A DNA stretch of 64,000 bases from an uncultured Actinomycetota bacterium (GTDB lineage: Bacteria; Actinomycetota; Thermoleophilia; Gaiellales; Gaiellaceae), in assembly GCA_963723405.1 (NCBI GenBank), contig CAVRQF010000007.1:138801-202800 (forward strand). Direction: 5' to 3'. This document shows positions 1 to 10,265 of the stretch, one piece after another (positions within the stretch are counted from its first letter, which is position 1; every line of letters begins with the position of its first letter). Both the position numbers and the translations under genes were made by a program. Under the pieces are notes generated by a model. The model searched no databases. It was not told the origin of the DNA and saw nothing but the letters and a program-made list of their open reading frames with translations.

Positions 1-447
1 GTAGTGGACCATGCTCGGCGACGGGATCGTCAGCTTGGGGACGGCAGAGGTGACCGCACTCTGGAGGAACCGGAGGTCCTCGCCGAAGATGGTGCTGGAG
101 AGTGCGACCTTGCCGGTGACGTGGAGGGCCGCAGCCTCGAACTCGAGGTCTCCCTGCTCGTTGTGGAAGCGCACCGTCACCCTGTCGTCGGCCGTCTGGA
201 TGCCGTCGAGCTGGTAGATGAAATCCATGTGCCAGGAGCCTCGGCGAAGCTCGCCGTCGGTGGCGGCCTGGAGCCCCACGCCCTCCTGAAGCGCGACCGC
301 GCCGAGGATCGCATCCGACTCGACGGCTCTCAGCTCGGCCGCGTCGATCGCGCCGCGGGCGAGCTCCGCGCGCGCCCGCAGGAGCTCGGGAGGACGGAGC
401 AGGCTGCCGACGTGGTCGGCCCGGAAGGGCGGCTGCTCCCTGCGCAC
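1..447 (-). CDS. Cobalamin-independent methionine synthase II (MetE C-terminal-like) family protein, N-terminal part; continues beyond window start
   Basis: Not in the ORF track because it runs off the window. The reverse frame starts at GTG 447, with an in-frame TAG upstream at 457-459. It reads VRREQPPFRADHVGSLLRPPELLRARAELARGAIDAAELRAVESDAILGAVALQEGVGLQAATDGELRRGSWHMDFIYQL, a typical N-terminus of this family. Confidence 0.7.
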   Translation of the reverse strand, partial: MRREQPPFRADHVGSLLRPPELLRARAELARGAIDAAELRAVESDAILGAVALQEGVGLQAATDGELRRGSWHMDFIYQLDGIQTADDRVTVRFHNEQGDLEFEAAALHVTGKVALSSTIFGEDLRFLQSAVTSAVPKLTIPSPSMVHY

Positions 448-502
448 GGCGAGACCCTACGACACCGGGCCGTCGGATGCCGGGCCGTCGTATTCTGGGC
501 CG

Positions 503-2677
503 ATGTCCGGGTGGCGATCGGCGATGCGCATCCGCGACCCCGGCTGGGTGTCGTTGCGAAGCGCGGTCCGCGCGGCGATCGTGATGCCGTCGGTGTTCGC
601 GTTCGCGGACAAGGTGATCGGCGAGGCGCAGGTCGCCACGTTCGCCGCCTTCGGGTCGTTCGCGATGCTCGTCCTCGTCGAGTTCAGCGGCCCGACACGG
701 AGCCGGGTGACCGCGTACGTCGCACTCGCGTTCGCAGGAGCCGCGAACATCGCGATCGGAACGCTCTGCTCGAACGAGGCGTGGCTCGCGGCGGCGGCGA
801 TGGGCGTGATCGGCTTCGCCATCCTGTTCGCAGGGATCGTCAACGGCTACTTCGCCGCCGCGACGACCGCGGCGCTCTTGACCTTCATCCTGGCGTCGAT
901 GATCCCGGCGCCCGCCTCGGCGGTGCCCGAGCGTCTCGAGGGATGGGCGCTCGCCGCGACAGCCGGCGATCGCCGCCCAGCTCCTCATCTGGCCGCGACG
1001 GCTACAGGCGCCGCTCCGCCGCGACGCCGCGGTCGCCGCGGGCGCCCTCGCCGAGCTCGCGTCCAGGGAGCTCGAGCGGGATACCGCGGGGCTCGCGGAC
1101 CGTGTCCAGGCTGCCGCAGGGGCGGTTCGCGGCCTCCGTACCCGCTTCCTCGGCACGCTGCACCGCCCCTCCGGCCCGACCTCTGCCCAGGCTGCGCTGA
1201 ACGCGCTCGTCGACGAGCTCGATTGGGTCTTCGTGCTCCTCGCGCCTCCCGGGGAGATCCCGGCGCTCGAGGTGTGCGCCGCGGAGAACGCGGCCGCGGT
1301 CGAGGCGGTGGTCGAAGCCCTCCGCGTCTCGGCCGCGACCCTCGGCGGCAGCGACGAGCTTCCCGACCTCGGACGGCTGCAGCGAACCCGCGAAGCTCTC
1401 GCCCAGGCCCTGGTCCGCGACATCGTGTCGGCTCGAGCCGGAGCGGCGCGGCCGACTCGATCATGACGACGCTCCAGGCGTCCTTCCGGGTCCGAGCGCT
1501 CTCGGGGGCCGCCGAGCAGGCCGGCGTCTATGCGATCGCGGCCGCGGGCCATGGAGTCGTGGAGCCCGGCGAGCCTCGTCCGGCTCGAGCGCCGCTTCGC
1601 GCCTCGCTGCGCGCGATCGCCGAGCACGCCAATCCCGGCGACGTCTGGTTCCGCAACAGCCTGCGTAGCGCAATCGGGCTCGCTGTCGCCGTCTACATCG
1701 CCCAGCGATCGGGCGTTCAGCACGGGTTCTGGGTCGTCCTCGGGACGCTGTCCGTGCTTCGCTCGAACGCCCTCGGCACCGGCTGGTCGGTCGTCTCGGC
1801 GCTCGCCGGCACGGCGGTGGGGATCGTGATCGGCGCCCTGCTCGTCATCGCCATCGGCTCGCACGAGGCCGTCCTCTGGGCCGTCCTGCCGTTCGCAGTG
1901 CTGCTCGGCTCGTACGCCCCCCGGGCGATCTCGTTCGCAGCGGGCCAGGCGGGGTTCACGGTCGTTCTCTTCGTGCTCTTCAACATCCTCCAGCCCGTCG
2001 GCTGGCGCGTCGGCCTCGTCAGGCTCGAGGACATCGCGATCGGCTCGGCGATCAGCCTCGGCGTCGGCCTGCTGTTCTGGCCGCGCGGCGCGGGCGCACT
2101 CCTGCGCGAGAACATCGCGACCTCGTACTCGCGCAACGCCGACTACGTCCTCGCAGCCGAGCGCGAGCTCGTCGACGGCGAGAGTGCGGACGCCACGGCA
2201 GCCGCCGCGGCTGCGGCCGCGACCGCGGCCCACCGCCTCGACGACGCCTATCGCCAGGCCCTCACCGAGCGCTCGGCCCGACAGGACGCCGTCGGCGGCC
2301 TCGTGCCGCTCGTGGCGGGTGCGGCTCGTGTGCGGCGGGCCGGGAACTCGCTCTCGGCGCTGACCCGGATGTCCGAGCAAGGAGAGCGACTCACCGACTG
2401 CGCGGCGAATCTCGACGGCGAGGCTCACGCCCTCCGGGCCTGGTACGTCACGCTCGGCGACGCCCTCGTCCGCCACACCTCGGTGCCGCCGCCGCAGGCA
2501 CCGGACCCCGAAGGCCGCCGGCGGCTCCTCGGCTGCGTCCGCGAGGCTCTCTCGAGCGGCGACAAGGCCAGGATGCGCCCGGCGCTCGATCTCATCTGGG
2601 CCGGTCAGCACCTCGACGCGCTCGCGGCGCTCGAGGAGCACCTCGGCCGGCATGCAGCCGCGGCGCAGGCCGGGTAG
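503..2677 (+). CDS. FUSC family (fusaric-acid-resistance-like) membrane protein, frameshifted
   Basis: ORF 503..2677 has an N-terminal TM block ([23 protein letters not shown]...) and a FUSC core ([46 protein letters not shown]...FWPRGA). Residues ~155-310 of this frame are Arg/Pro-rich nonsense, while frame 1233..1466 reads protein-like. This implies at least two compensating frameshifts, near 960-1000 and near 1460. Confidence 0.7.
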   Translation: MSGWRSAMRIRDPGWVSLRSAVRAAIVMPSVFAFADKVIGEAQVATFAAFGSFAMLVLVEFSGPTRSRVTAYVALAFAGAANIAIGTLCSNEAWLAAAAMGVIGFAILFAGIVNGYFAAATTAALLTFILASMIPAPASAVPERLEGWALAATAGDRRPAPHLAATATGAAPPRRRGRRGRPRRARVQGARAGYRGARGPCPGCRRGGSRPPYPLPRHAAPPLRPDLCPGCAERARRRARLGLRAPRASRGDPGARGVRRGERGRGRGGGRSPPRLGRDPRRQRRASRPRTAAANPRSSRPGPGPRHRVGSSRSGAADSIMTTLQASFRVRALSGAAEQAGVYAIAAAGHGVVEPGEPRPARAPLRASLRAIAEHANPGDVWFRNSLRSAIGLAVAVYIAQRSGVQHGFWVVLGTLSVLRSNALGTGWSVVSALAGTAVGIVIGALLVIAIGSHEAVLWAVLPFAVLLGSYAPRAISFAAGQAGFTVVLFVLFNILQPVGWRVGLVRLEDIAIGSAISLGVGLLFWPRGAGALLRENIATSYSRNADYVLAAERELVDGESADATAAAAAAAATAAHRLDDAYRQALTERSARQDAVGGLVPLVAGAARVRRAGNSLSALTRMSEQGERLTDCAANLDGEAHALRAWYVTLGDALVRHTSVPPPQAPDPEGRRRLLGCVREALSSGDKARMRPALDLIWAGQHLDALAALEEHLGRHAAAAQAG

Positions 2678-2695
2678 TGCTGCGAGACTGGCGGG

Positions 2696-3159
2696 GTGAA
2701 TGCGCTCGACGAGGTGGGGGGCCACGCCCTCGGTGTCCGGAAACGGATCGCGCTGATCGCGCACGACAACCGGAAGGCCGACCTCCTCGCCTGGGCGCGG
2801 TTCAACCGGGGGACGCTCTCGAAGCACGAGCTGTTCGCCACGGGAACGACCGGCGCGCTTCTCGCCGAGGAGCTCGGCCTTCGATCCACCGCTTCCTCAG
2901 CGGCCCGCTCGGAGGCGATCAGCAGGTGGGCGCTGCGATCGCCGAGGGACGCCTCGACGCGGTCATCTTCTTCTGGGACCCCCTCGAGCCCCAGCCGCAC
3001 GACGTGGACGTCAAGGCGCTCCTGCGGGTCGCCGTCGTGCACAACATCGCGATCGCCTGCAACCGCGCGACCGCCGACTTCGTGCTCTCGAGCCCCCTGA
3101 TGGGCCAGGAGTACGTCCCGAGCTTCACTCCCGAGGCAGCGGGAACCGTGGGCGGCTGA
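2696..3159 (+). CDS. mgsA: Methylglyoxal synthase, one frameshift near 2880
   Basis: ORF 2696..3100 begins [62 protein letters not shown]. The remainder ([61 protein letters not shown]) lies in frame 2677..3159. Confidence 0.85.
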
Positions 3160-3177
3160 CCGGCGCCGTCGCGCTCG

Positions 3178-3396
3178 TCACTGCTCCTCGTCGCCGGCAG
3201 GTGAGCCCTCCAGCACGGCTGCGGCATCCTCCGCGTCCGCTTCGCCGACGAGGAGCCGAGCGCCGCCCGTGAGGCCGAACGGATAGGCGCCGCCGGCGTC
3301 GTCGGACTCGATGACCGACTCGATCCCGGAAGCCGCGAGCGCGCCCTGGGCGATCTCGGCGGCGCTTCGACTCGGGTAGATGCCGATCTGGATCAT
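3178..3396 (-). CDS. DUF2007-like small protein (putative signal-transducing protein fold)
   Basis: ORF 3178..3417 reads MIQIGIYPSRSAAEIAQGALAASGIESVIESDDAGGAYPFGLTGGARLLVGEADAEDAAAVLEG. I prefer the ATG at 3396 over the TTG at 3417, but the start is uncertain. Confidence 0.5.
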   Translation of the reverse strand: MIQIGIYPSRSAAEIAQGALAASGIESVIESDDAGGAYPFGLTGGARLLVGEADAEDAAAVLEGSPAGDEEQ

Positions 3397-3480
3397 CTGT
3401 CGGGAAGATTGAAGCAAGACGGGCCGGGCCGCTCTGGGGACGCGCTGACGTGCCCCGCCTCACATCAAGCCTCTAGGCTC

Positions 3481-4775
3481 CGGACACGCACAGGGTTGTC
3501 ATCATCGGCGGCGGTTTCGGCGGGCTGCAGGCGGCGCTCGCGCTCCGGCGCGCCGCCGGTCGAGGTGACGCTCGTCGACCGGCGGAACTTCCACCTCTTC
3601 CAGCCGCTGACCTATCAGGTGGCGACCGGGGCGCTGTCACCCGGCGAGATCGCCTATCCGCTCCGCGCGATCTTCGAGCGGCGACCGCAACGTCAGCGTC
3701 ATGCTCGCCGAGGTCGCCGACTTCGACCTGGACTCAGCGAGGTGCGGCTCCGCCAGGCGGCGGACGTTCCAGCCCGGGAGCGCTCGCCGTACGACACGCT
3801 GATCGTCGCGGGCGGGTCGCGCTACTCGTACTTCGGCCACGACGAATGGCGTGACCACGCCGCCGAGGTGAAGTCGCTCGAGAGCGCGCTCGTCGTCCGA
3901 AGCCGTCTCCTGAGCGCGTTCGAGGCCGCCGAGGTCGAGACCGATCCCGATCGTGCGCGCCGCGTGGCTGACGTTCGTCGTCGTCGGGGCCGGGCCGACC
4001 GGCGTCGAGATCGCCGGGCAGATCGGCGAGCTCGCGCGCGACACCCTCCGTCACGACTTTCGCCGCGATCGACCCGCGCGCTGGCCCGGATCCTTCTCGT
4101 CGAGGCGGCTGACCGCGTCCTGACGACCTTCCCGCCGTCCCTGTCGGCGAAGGCCGCGCACTCGCTCGAGCGGCTCGGCGTCACCGTCCTCACCGGCAGG
4201 AAGGTCACGGGGATCGACGGGGAGGGCGTGCTCGATCGACGAGCGAGCGCGTCCCGGCACGGACGGTCGTCTGGGCGGCCGGCGTGACGGCGTCGAGCAT
4301 CGCCGCCACGCCTCGCCGAGCTCACCGGGGCGCGGCTCGACCGCGCCGGGCGGGTCACGGTCGAGCCGGACCTGACGCTGCCCGGCGCATCCGGAGGTGT
4401 TCGCGCTCGGCGACATGGTCCGCGTCGGCGAGACGGGTGCTTCCGGGCGTCGCGCCGGTCGCGATGCAGCAGGGCCGCTACGCCGCGGCGTCGTTGCCAC
4501 CGGCTCGCCGGCGCGCGACACGCACCGTTCCGTATCACGACAAGGGCAACCTGGCGACGATCGGGCGGGCCGCCGCCGTCGCCGACCTCCACGGGATCAG
4601 GCTGAGCGGCTTCCCCGCCTGGGTGGCGTGGCTGAGCGTCCACCTCTTCTACCTGGTGGGCTTCCAGAACCGCGTCATCGTCCTCATCCGCTGGTCGGTC
4701 AGCTTCTTCACCCACGACCGCGGCGCCCGGCTCATCACGAACGTCAGGCCCCAGTCACCTCCGCCCGGGCCGTGA
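3481..4775 (+). CDS. ndh: Type II NADH dehydrogenase (NDH-2), heavily frameshifted
   Basis: Several frames jointly read VVIIGGGFGGLQAALAL, VEVTLVDRRNFHLFQPLTYQVATGALSPGEIAYPLRAIF, YDTLIVAGGSRYSYFGHDEW, WLTFVVVGAGPTGVEIAGQIGELARD, ILLVEAADRVLTTFP, VVWAAGV, LPGVAPVAMQQGRYAA and HDKGNLATIGRAAAVADLHGIRLSGFPAWVAWLSVHLFYLVGFQNRVIVLIRWSVSFF. There are at least 6 frame changes, and the VVIIGGG frame has no start codon. Confidence 0.8.
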
Positions 4776-4825
4776 GCGAGCACGCCCACCTGGCGGGCTG
4801 ACCCGGCGGCTAGCCTGGCGATCCC

Positions 4826-5257
4826 GTGTTCCTGAACATCCTCGTTGCCATCGACGGCTCGCCCTCGTCGGTCGAGGCGCTCGAGAAGGCGGTCGACCTG
4901 GCCAGGGCGATGCGGTCGAAGCTGACGCTCATCACGGTCGCGCCGCCACCCTCCTACTACGTCACCCTCGCGGGCGTGAGCGGCGAGACCATGCGGAGAG
5001 AGCTCGACCGCTGGGCGGAGTCGACGGTGAACGAGGCCGCCGCGCTCGTCCCCGACGACGTGATCGCACACCGTGTGCAGCGGAGCGGCCACGCAGGGCC
5101 GGAGATCGTGAAGGAGATCGAGCGCGGAGGCTATGACCTCGTCGTGCTCGGCACCCGCGGCCGGGGACGGGCGCAGGAAGGGCTACTCGGGAGCGTGAAC
5201 AGCTACCTCCACTTCCACTCGCGCGTGCCGATGCTGACGGTGCCCGACGAGGGTTAG
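4826..5257 (+). CDS. Universal stress protein (UspA family)
   Basis: Intact ORF: MFLNILVAIDGSPSSVEALEKAVDLARAMRSKLTLITV...GYDLVVLGTRGRGRAQEGLLGSVNSYLHFHSRVPMLTV. Confidence 0.85.
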   Translation: MFLNILVAIDGSPSSVEALEKAVDLARAMRSKLTLITVAPPPSYYVTLAGVSGETMRRELDRWAESTVNEAAALVPDDVIAHRVQRSGHAGPEIVKEIERGGYDLVVLGTRGRGRAQEGLLGSVNSYLHFHSRVPMLTVPDEG

Positions 5258-6258
5258 CTCTTCCGGGCGCGGCTGGGAGCGACCCGCGGCGGCTCGTCCG
5301 GCTGCTTCGGATAGACAGGCGGCCAGGGAGCATCCATGAGCCCGGCTGCACGATCGCGCTCGTGCAGCGCGAGGAGCGGCTCGAGCGACTGCGGCGCTCC
5401 CGCGATCCCTTCCCACGGGTCGCCGTTCGCGCGCACACGCCCGGGCACGGTTGCGATCGTCAGCTCGTCGGGGTGGATCTCGTCGATCTCCTCCCAGCGC
5501 AGCGGCGCCGAGACCTGGGCGCCGGGACGGGCGCGCACGGACCAGGCGCCGAAGACCGTCTTGTGCGGCGCGTTCTGGTTGAAGTCGACGAACACGCGGC
5601 GGCCGCGCTCCTCCTTCCACCATGCGGCCGTGATCAGCTCGGGGCGGCGGCGCTCGAGCTCGCGTGCGGCGGCGACCGCCGCGGCTCGCACCTGGTAGGA
5701 GTCCCAGCGCGGCTCGAGCCGCACGTAGACGTGGAGGCCCCGGTTCCCCGTCGTCTTCGGGTAGCCGGTGATCCCGAGCTCGTCGAGCAGGGCGCGCACC
5801 TCGGCGCCGGTGGCGCGCACCTCGTCGAAGCCGACGCCCGGCTGAGGGTCGAGGTCGAGCCGCAGCTCGTCGGCGATCTCGGGGAGGCTCGCCGGGTACG
5901 GCCAGACGTGGAAGCCCAGGCACGCGAGGTTCACCGCCCAGACCACGTGCGCCATGTCGGCGAGCACGAGCGCGCGCGACGTCGTCCCGTTGGGGGTGCT
6001 GACGACGGTCGTCTCCAGCCACCCGGGCGCAGAGTCGGGAACGCGCTTCTGGAAGAACGAGCTTCCCTCGGCGCCGTTCGGGAAGCGCTGCAACAGGGTC
6101 GGCCGGCCGCCGGCAGCCCGCAGGAACGGCTCGGCGACCGCGAGGTAGTAGTGCACGAGGTCGAGCTTGGTGTCGCCCCGCTCCGCGAAGAGCACCTTGC
6201 CGGGGCTCGTGATCCGCAGGTCGCGGCCGGCGACCTCGAGCACGACCTCCTCGGTCAC
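5254..6258 (-). CDS. ligD: NHEJ DNA polymerase/primase, LigD polymerase-domain protein (stand-alone)
   Basis: C-terminal 334 codons of ORF 5254..6876: VTEEVVLEVAGRDLRITSPGKVLFAERGDTKLDLVHYYLAVAEPFL...FFQKRVP...GFHVWP...LDLDP...YPKTTGNRGLHVYVRL...VFVDFNQNAPHKTVFGAWSVRARPGAQVSAPLRWEEI. The GTG start at 6258 overlaps the upstream gene stop (GTGA). Confidence 0.85.
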   Translation of the reverse strand: MTEEVVLEVAGRDLRITSPGKVLFAERGDTKLDLVHYYLAVAEPFLRAAGGRPTLLQRFPNGAEGSSFFQKRVPDSAPGWLETTVVSTPNGTTSRALVLADMAHVVWAVNLACLGFHVWPYPASLPEIADELRLDLDPQPGVGFDEVRATGAEVRALLDELGITGYPKTTGNRGLHVYVRLEPRWDSYQVRAAAVAAARELERRRPELITAAWWKEERGRRVFVDFNQNAPHKTVFGAWSVRARPGAQVSAPLRWEEIDEIHPDELTIATVPGRVRANGDPWEGIAGAPQSLEPLLALHERDRAAGLMDAPWPPVYPKQPDEPPRVAPSRARKS

Positions 6259-7297
6259 GGCGTCTCGCCGAAGGCGTACTCCCAGAACCGGCGCATGAGC
6301 GGCGTCGAGGTCGGCCCCGTCATCTGGACCTGCGTGAGCAGGACCCCGACCGTGCCGGTCGCCGGCGAGACGTGCGCGGCCGTTCCGGTGCCTCCGACCC
6401 AGCCGTAGCGGCCGTCGGCGGCGACCGACCCGCCGAAGCCCCAGCCGGCTCCCTCGAGGAAGATCGTCGAGTCGGCGCGCTCCTCGGCGGTGAGGTGGTC
6501 GGTCATCATCGACCGGACGGACTCGCGGGACAGCAGCCCCTCGCCCTCGGCGAGGAGCATCCGGCCGAACTGGTTCCAGTCCGAGAGCGTCGAGACGAGC
6601 CCGCCGGCTCCCGAGGCGAAGACCGGAGGCTCGTTCCAGAGGGCACCGTCGAAGTCGCCGTGGTACGGAGGAAGCCAGGCGTGCTTGGCCGCCGGCACGT
6701 GGAAGCCCGTGTCCTTCATCCCGAGCGGCTCGAAGATCCGCTCCGCGAGGAAGTCCGGCAGCGACCGCCCCGAGGCGCGCGCGACGAGGACGCCCTGGAT
6801 GTCGGAGCACGTGTTGTAGAGCCAGGCCTCGCCGGGCTGGTTGAGCATCGGGACCCCTGCGAGCGTGACGAGCCACTCGTCGGGCGTCTCCTTCACGCCG
6901 AAGAGCGGGAGCTTCCGGAAGAGCTCGCCGACGGCAGGGAGCGAGAAGTCGGACGGGAACCCCCAGCCGGCCCGGAAGGTGAGCAGGTCATCCACGGTGA
7001 TCGGCCGTGCCGCGGGGACGAGGTCGTCGACCGGGCTTGCCGGCGTCCGGACGACCTGGGGCGACTCGAGCTCCGGCAGCCAACGGGCGATCGGATCGTC
7101 GAGCGCGACGACGCCGTCGTCGACGAGGAGCATCACCGCCGCGGCGGTGATCGGCTTGGTGATCGAGGCGACCCGGAAGATCGAGTCGGGCCCGACGTCT
7201 CCCGACGCTTGCGACCTCGAGCTCGTCGCGCGCGGCCGACGAGCGCGGCGGCGCCGGGGACGCCGGCGCTCTCGAGGAGGTCGTGCAGCTCGCCCAT
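6255..7297 (-). CDS. Serine hydrolase, beta-lactamase (class C/esterase) family, frameshift near 7200-7240
   Basis: ORF 6255..7136 reads ...LTFRAGWGFP...EAWLYNTCSDIQGVLVARASGRSLPDFLAERIFEPLGMKDTGF...GAGGLVSTLSDWNQFGRMLL. The N-terminus, from ATG 7297, is in another frame (MGELHDLLESAGVPGAAALVGR...) and carries the SxxK motif (IFRVASITKPITAAAVMLLV). Confidence 0.75.
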
Positions 7298-7344
7298 CTC
7301 AGGTGAGACTCTGCCCGCTCGCGTAACTCAGCGCCAGCCGCAGC

Positions 7345-7726
7345 TCAGGACGAGTGGATCTTCTGCGTCACCGACTTCACGGCCTTCGACGAGGTATCGC
7401 CCTTCGTGAGCGCGAAGACGAGCGAGGTGTTGCCCTTGCCGACCACCTTGAACACCAGGACGACGTTCGAGCCGACGTCAGCCTCCGAGACCTCGCGGAC
7501 GATCGTCGAGTCGAAGCGGCGGGCGATCCTCCAGACGAGCCCCGAGCTCGCACTCGCGTGCGGAAGCGCGACGGCGACGAGCTGGCCGGGCCTCGTGGCG
7601 GTGGTCGCGACCTGCCCGGCCGGGATCGGTCCCAACCGGCGTCGAGTCCGCGAGCGCCGCAGTCGCGCCGGAGAGCAGCGACACGAGCGCGACAAGCAGT
7701 GCCAGCCCCGCCTTCACGACGTTCAC
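7345..7726 (-). CDS. Small secreted protein of unknown function (weakly chagasin/I42-inhibitor-like), one frameshift
   Basis: ORF 7478..7726 supplies a signal peptide (MNVVKAGLALLVALVSLLSGATAALA). ORF 7345..7695 supplies the body (GQVATTATRPGQLVAVALPHASASSGLVWRIARRFDSTIVREVSEADVGSNVVLVFKVVGKGNTSLVFALTKG). The two join near 7625. Confidence 0.45.
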
Positions 7727-7735
7727 GCTACCGGT

Positions 7736-7888
7736 TCAGCGGTCGGTGCAGGGCTCGGGCCGGCGAGGGAGCGCGAGCTGCCGGCGAAAGCGCCTGCGGG
7801 TCGGCCTCCGGGCCTCTTCGCTCGCGGCGAGCAGCACGCGCCGGCGATTGTCGATGGTCTGGAACTGTGTCACCTGCGGGTACGTCAT
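7736..7888 (-). CDS. Hypothetical small protein divergent from the MarR gene
   Basis: ATG at 7888 is preceded by GAGAGGAG. The sequence is MTYPQVTQFQTIDNRRRVLLAASEEARRP.... The Arg-rich tail may be out of frame, and I recognise no homology. Confidence 0.25.
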   Translation of the reverse strand: MTYPQVTQFQTIDNRRRVLLAASEEARRPTRRRFRRQLALPRRPEPCTDR

Positions 7889-7920
7889 CGCACATCTCCT
7901 CTCATTATTGCTTCCTGAGA

Positions 7921-7970
7921 AGTTACTTTCCAGATAGCTTCTTGTCAAGTTACTTCCTCGTCAGTTACAT
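7921..7970. promoter_or_regulatory. AT-rich divergent promoter region with three AGTTAC(T/A)T direct repeats (candidate MarR operator)
   Basis: AGTTACTT occurs at 7921-7928 and 7948-7955, and AGTTACAT at 7963-7970. All lie directly upstream of the MarR ATG (7979), in the only AT-rich patch of this neighbourhood. Confidence 0.35.
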
Positions 7971-7978
7971 TTGAGGTC

Positions 7979-8470
7979 ATGGCCGGGAACGAGGACGCCG
8001 TCGACCGCATCACGGCCCAGTGGCTCGAAGAGCGGCCCGATCTCGACCCCTCGCCGATGAGCGTCATCGGGCGCATCGCCCGGATCGCCCACCTGACCGA
8101 CCGGGAGCTCCACCGTGTCTTCGTCCGCTACGGGCTGTCCGGCGCCGACTTCGACGTGCTCGCAACCCTTCGCCGCAGCGGCGGCAGCCTGACGCCGACC
8201 GAGCTCAGCCGCTCGACGATGGTGACGACCGGAGGGATGACCAAACGGCTCGACCGGCTCGAGGCCGCTGGGCTCATCAGCCGCGAGGCCGATCCGAGCG
8301 ACCGGCGCGGCAAGCTCATCGCCCTGACCGGGGAGGGCCGCGCGCTCGTCGACGCCGCCGTGAAGGATCACCTGGAGAACGAGGAGCGAATCCTCGCCAC
8401 CTTGCCGTCCGCCGACCGGGAGAAGCTCGCCGGGCTGCTCCGGCGCCTGCTTCTCGCGCTCGACAACTGA
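7979..8470 (+). CDS. MarR family transcriptional regulator
   Basis: Intact ORF: ...RYGLSGADFDVLATLRRSGGSLTPTELSRSTMVTTGGMTKRLDRLEAAGLISREADPSDRRGKLIALTGEGRALVD. Confidence 0.9.
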   Translation: MAGNEDAVDRITAQWLEERPDLDPSPMSVIGRIARIAHLTDRELHRVFVRYGLSGADFDVLATLRRSGGSLTPTELSRSTMVTTGGMTKRLDRLEAAGLISREADPSDRRGKLIALTGEGRALVDAAVKDHLENEERILATLPSADREKLAGLLRRLLLALDN

Positions 8471-8553
8471 CCCCGACGGCGCCCGCGGCTCACCGATGAG
8501 GTTGGCGTTTCGTGCAAGTCTCTGCAGGTGAACCCGAGACCAGGAGGACCACG

Positions 8554-8956
8554 ATGTCGAACCTGCAGACCAAGCTGAAGATCAACTCGGTCGGACGCGT
8601 GTGCGTCACCGTCGCCGACACCGACCGCGCGATCGACTTCTACGTCGACACCCTCGGCTTCGAGAAGGTCGTCGACGTGCCCATGGGCCCCGACATGCGC
8701 TGGGTCGAGGTGAAGCTGCCCGGGACGAAGACGACGATCGCCCTCGCGCCTCCGCCGCAGGGCCAGGAGGCGGGCGGAAGCCAGACGGGCATCTGCCTCG
8801 ACACCTCGGACGTGGACGCCGACCACGCGGCGCTCGCGGCAGCCGGGGTGGATGTGGACGACGCGGTCGACCCGCTGGGGCGACCCGACGCCGCCGATGT
8901 TCTGGCTGCGGGATCCCGACGGGAACTCGCTGATCGTCGTGCAGCCCTCGTCCTAG
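8554..8956 (+). CDS. VOC (glyoxalase/bleomycin-resistance) family protein, one frameshift near 8880
   Basis: ATG 8554 follows CAGGAGGA. It reads MSNLQTKLKINSVGRVCVTVADTDRAIDFYVDTLGFEKVVDVPMGPDMRWVEVKLPGTKTTIAL. The C-terminus (PMFWLRDPDGNSLIVVQPSS, stop 8954-8956) is in the +1 frame. Confidence 0.75.
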
Positions 8957-9073
8957 TCCGAGGAAGGCGCGCCATGCCGGGGCGCTTTCCGGCATGGCGC
9001 TCGAGCCGGGCGGAAGCACGCCTGGCTCGATCGTGAAATCCGCCAGGCCCTCTCCTGCGTAGCTGCCCGTGAG

Positions 9074-9680
9074 ATGGCATTTGCACTCGACCGCAGAGGA
9101 GCGCGCACCTCGACCGGCGGCGTCCGGGACAGCGCGGCCTGGGTCGGAGTCAGCGACGGCGAGCTTCTCCTCGCGATCGCCGACGGGAGCAGCGAGGCGT
9201 TCGAGGAGCTGCACGAGCGCTACCACCGCGCGATGCTCGGGCTGGCGCTTGAGCCGGCTCCGGGATCGGGGACGTGCCGAAGATGCGGTGCAGGAGGTGT
9301 TCGCCTCGGTCTGGCGCGCCGCCGGTACCTACCGGCCCGACCTCGGCCCCGGGGCGCCCTGGGTGTACGCGGTCGCGCGGAACGCGATCACGAGCCGGTG
9401 GCGCAAGAGGGTCGAGCCCGTCGGCGAGGCCTTCGACGAGCCTTCGCTCGAGCCCGGGCCGGCCGAGCAGGCCGAGCAGTCATGGCAGTCGTTCTGCGTC
9501 CACCGGGCGCTCGAGACGCTCCCGCGCCACCAGCGCGAGCTCGTCGAGCTCGCCTACTGGGGCGGGCTCTCCCAGACCGAGATCGCCCAGCAGCTCGAGC
9601 TCCCGCTCGGCACCGTCAAGACGAGGACCCGTGCCGGGCTGAAGCGCCTCGCCGAGGCGCTCAAGGAGGACCTGCAGTGA
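9074..9680 (+). CDS. ECF-type RNA polymerase sigma-70 family factor, one frameshift near 9250
   Basis: Frame 9074 reads SDGELLLAIADGSSEAFEELHERYHRAMLGLAL. Frame 9069..9680 reads RDRGRAEDAVQEVFASVWRAAGTYRPDLGPGAPWVYAVARNAI...LPRHQRELVELAYWGGLSQTEIAQQLELPLGTVKTRTRAGLKRL. Confidence 0.8.
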
Positions 9681-10264
9681 GGCGGCCCGACTTCGACGAG
9701 ATCGTCGGGACCGAGGGGTCGCCCGAGGAGCTCGCGGAGCTTCGCGGGATCCACGAGCTGCTCCTCGCGGCGGCCGCCCCGCCTGTCGTCGAGGGCAGGC
9801 AGCGGGCGCCGAGGACGAAGCCTGCTGAAGCCTGCTCCGCCGCTCGTGGACGCTCGCCGCGGTCGGCCTCGCGGGCCTCGCCGCTTCCCTTGCGGCGGCG
9901 CTTGCGATCGGCCAGGGGGGCGGTGGCGACAGCGACTCGAGGCTGGCGTTCACGCGTCCGATGCACGGCGTCGGCGCCGCGGCCGCGGCGAGCGCCGTCG
10001 TCCGGGTCGGGCGCGAGGACGCGAACGGCAACCGGACGCTTCGGATGAGCGTCCACTCCCTTCCGGCCCTGTCGAGCGGCTGGTACACGCTCTACCTGAC
10101 GAGCAAGGACGAGCCGATGGTCGCCTGCGGGGTGTTCGAGACCGGCCGGTCCGGAGTCGACCCGCGTCGAGATGAACGCCCCCGCAGACCTCGGCGAATA
10201 CGACGGCTGGATCGTGACCGCAGCCGTCCCGGGCCGGCCGTCCCGGGTGCTGCTCACGACGTAG
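9677..10264 (+). CDS. Putative anti-sigma factor / membrane protein cotranscribed with the ECF sigma, frameshifted
   Basis: The GTG at 9677 overlaps the sigma gene stop (GTGA). Pieces read VRRPDFDEIVGTEGSPEELAELRGIHELLLAAAAPP, a TM-like LAAVGLAGLAASLAAALAI, and MHGVGAAAAASAVVRVGREDANGNRTLRMSVHSLPALSSGWYTLYLTSKDEPMVACGVFETG...YDGWIVTAAVPGRPSRVLLTT. These sit in three frames. The function is inferred from position only. Confidence 0.4.
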
Positions 10265-10265
10265 C

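Noticed and set aside
4-1200. 398-aa plus-strand ORF at the window start
   Set aside because: It is antisense to the MetE-like gene (1-447) and out of frame with FUSC. The translation is Arg-rich nonsense.
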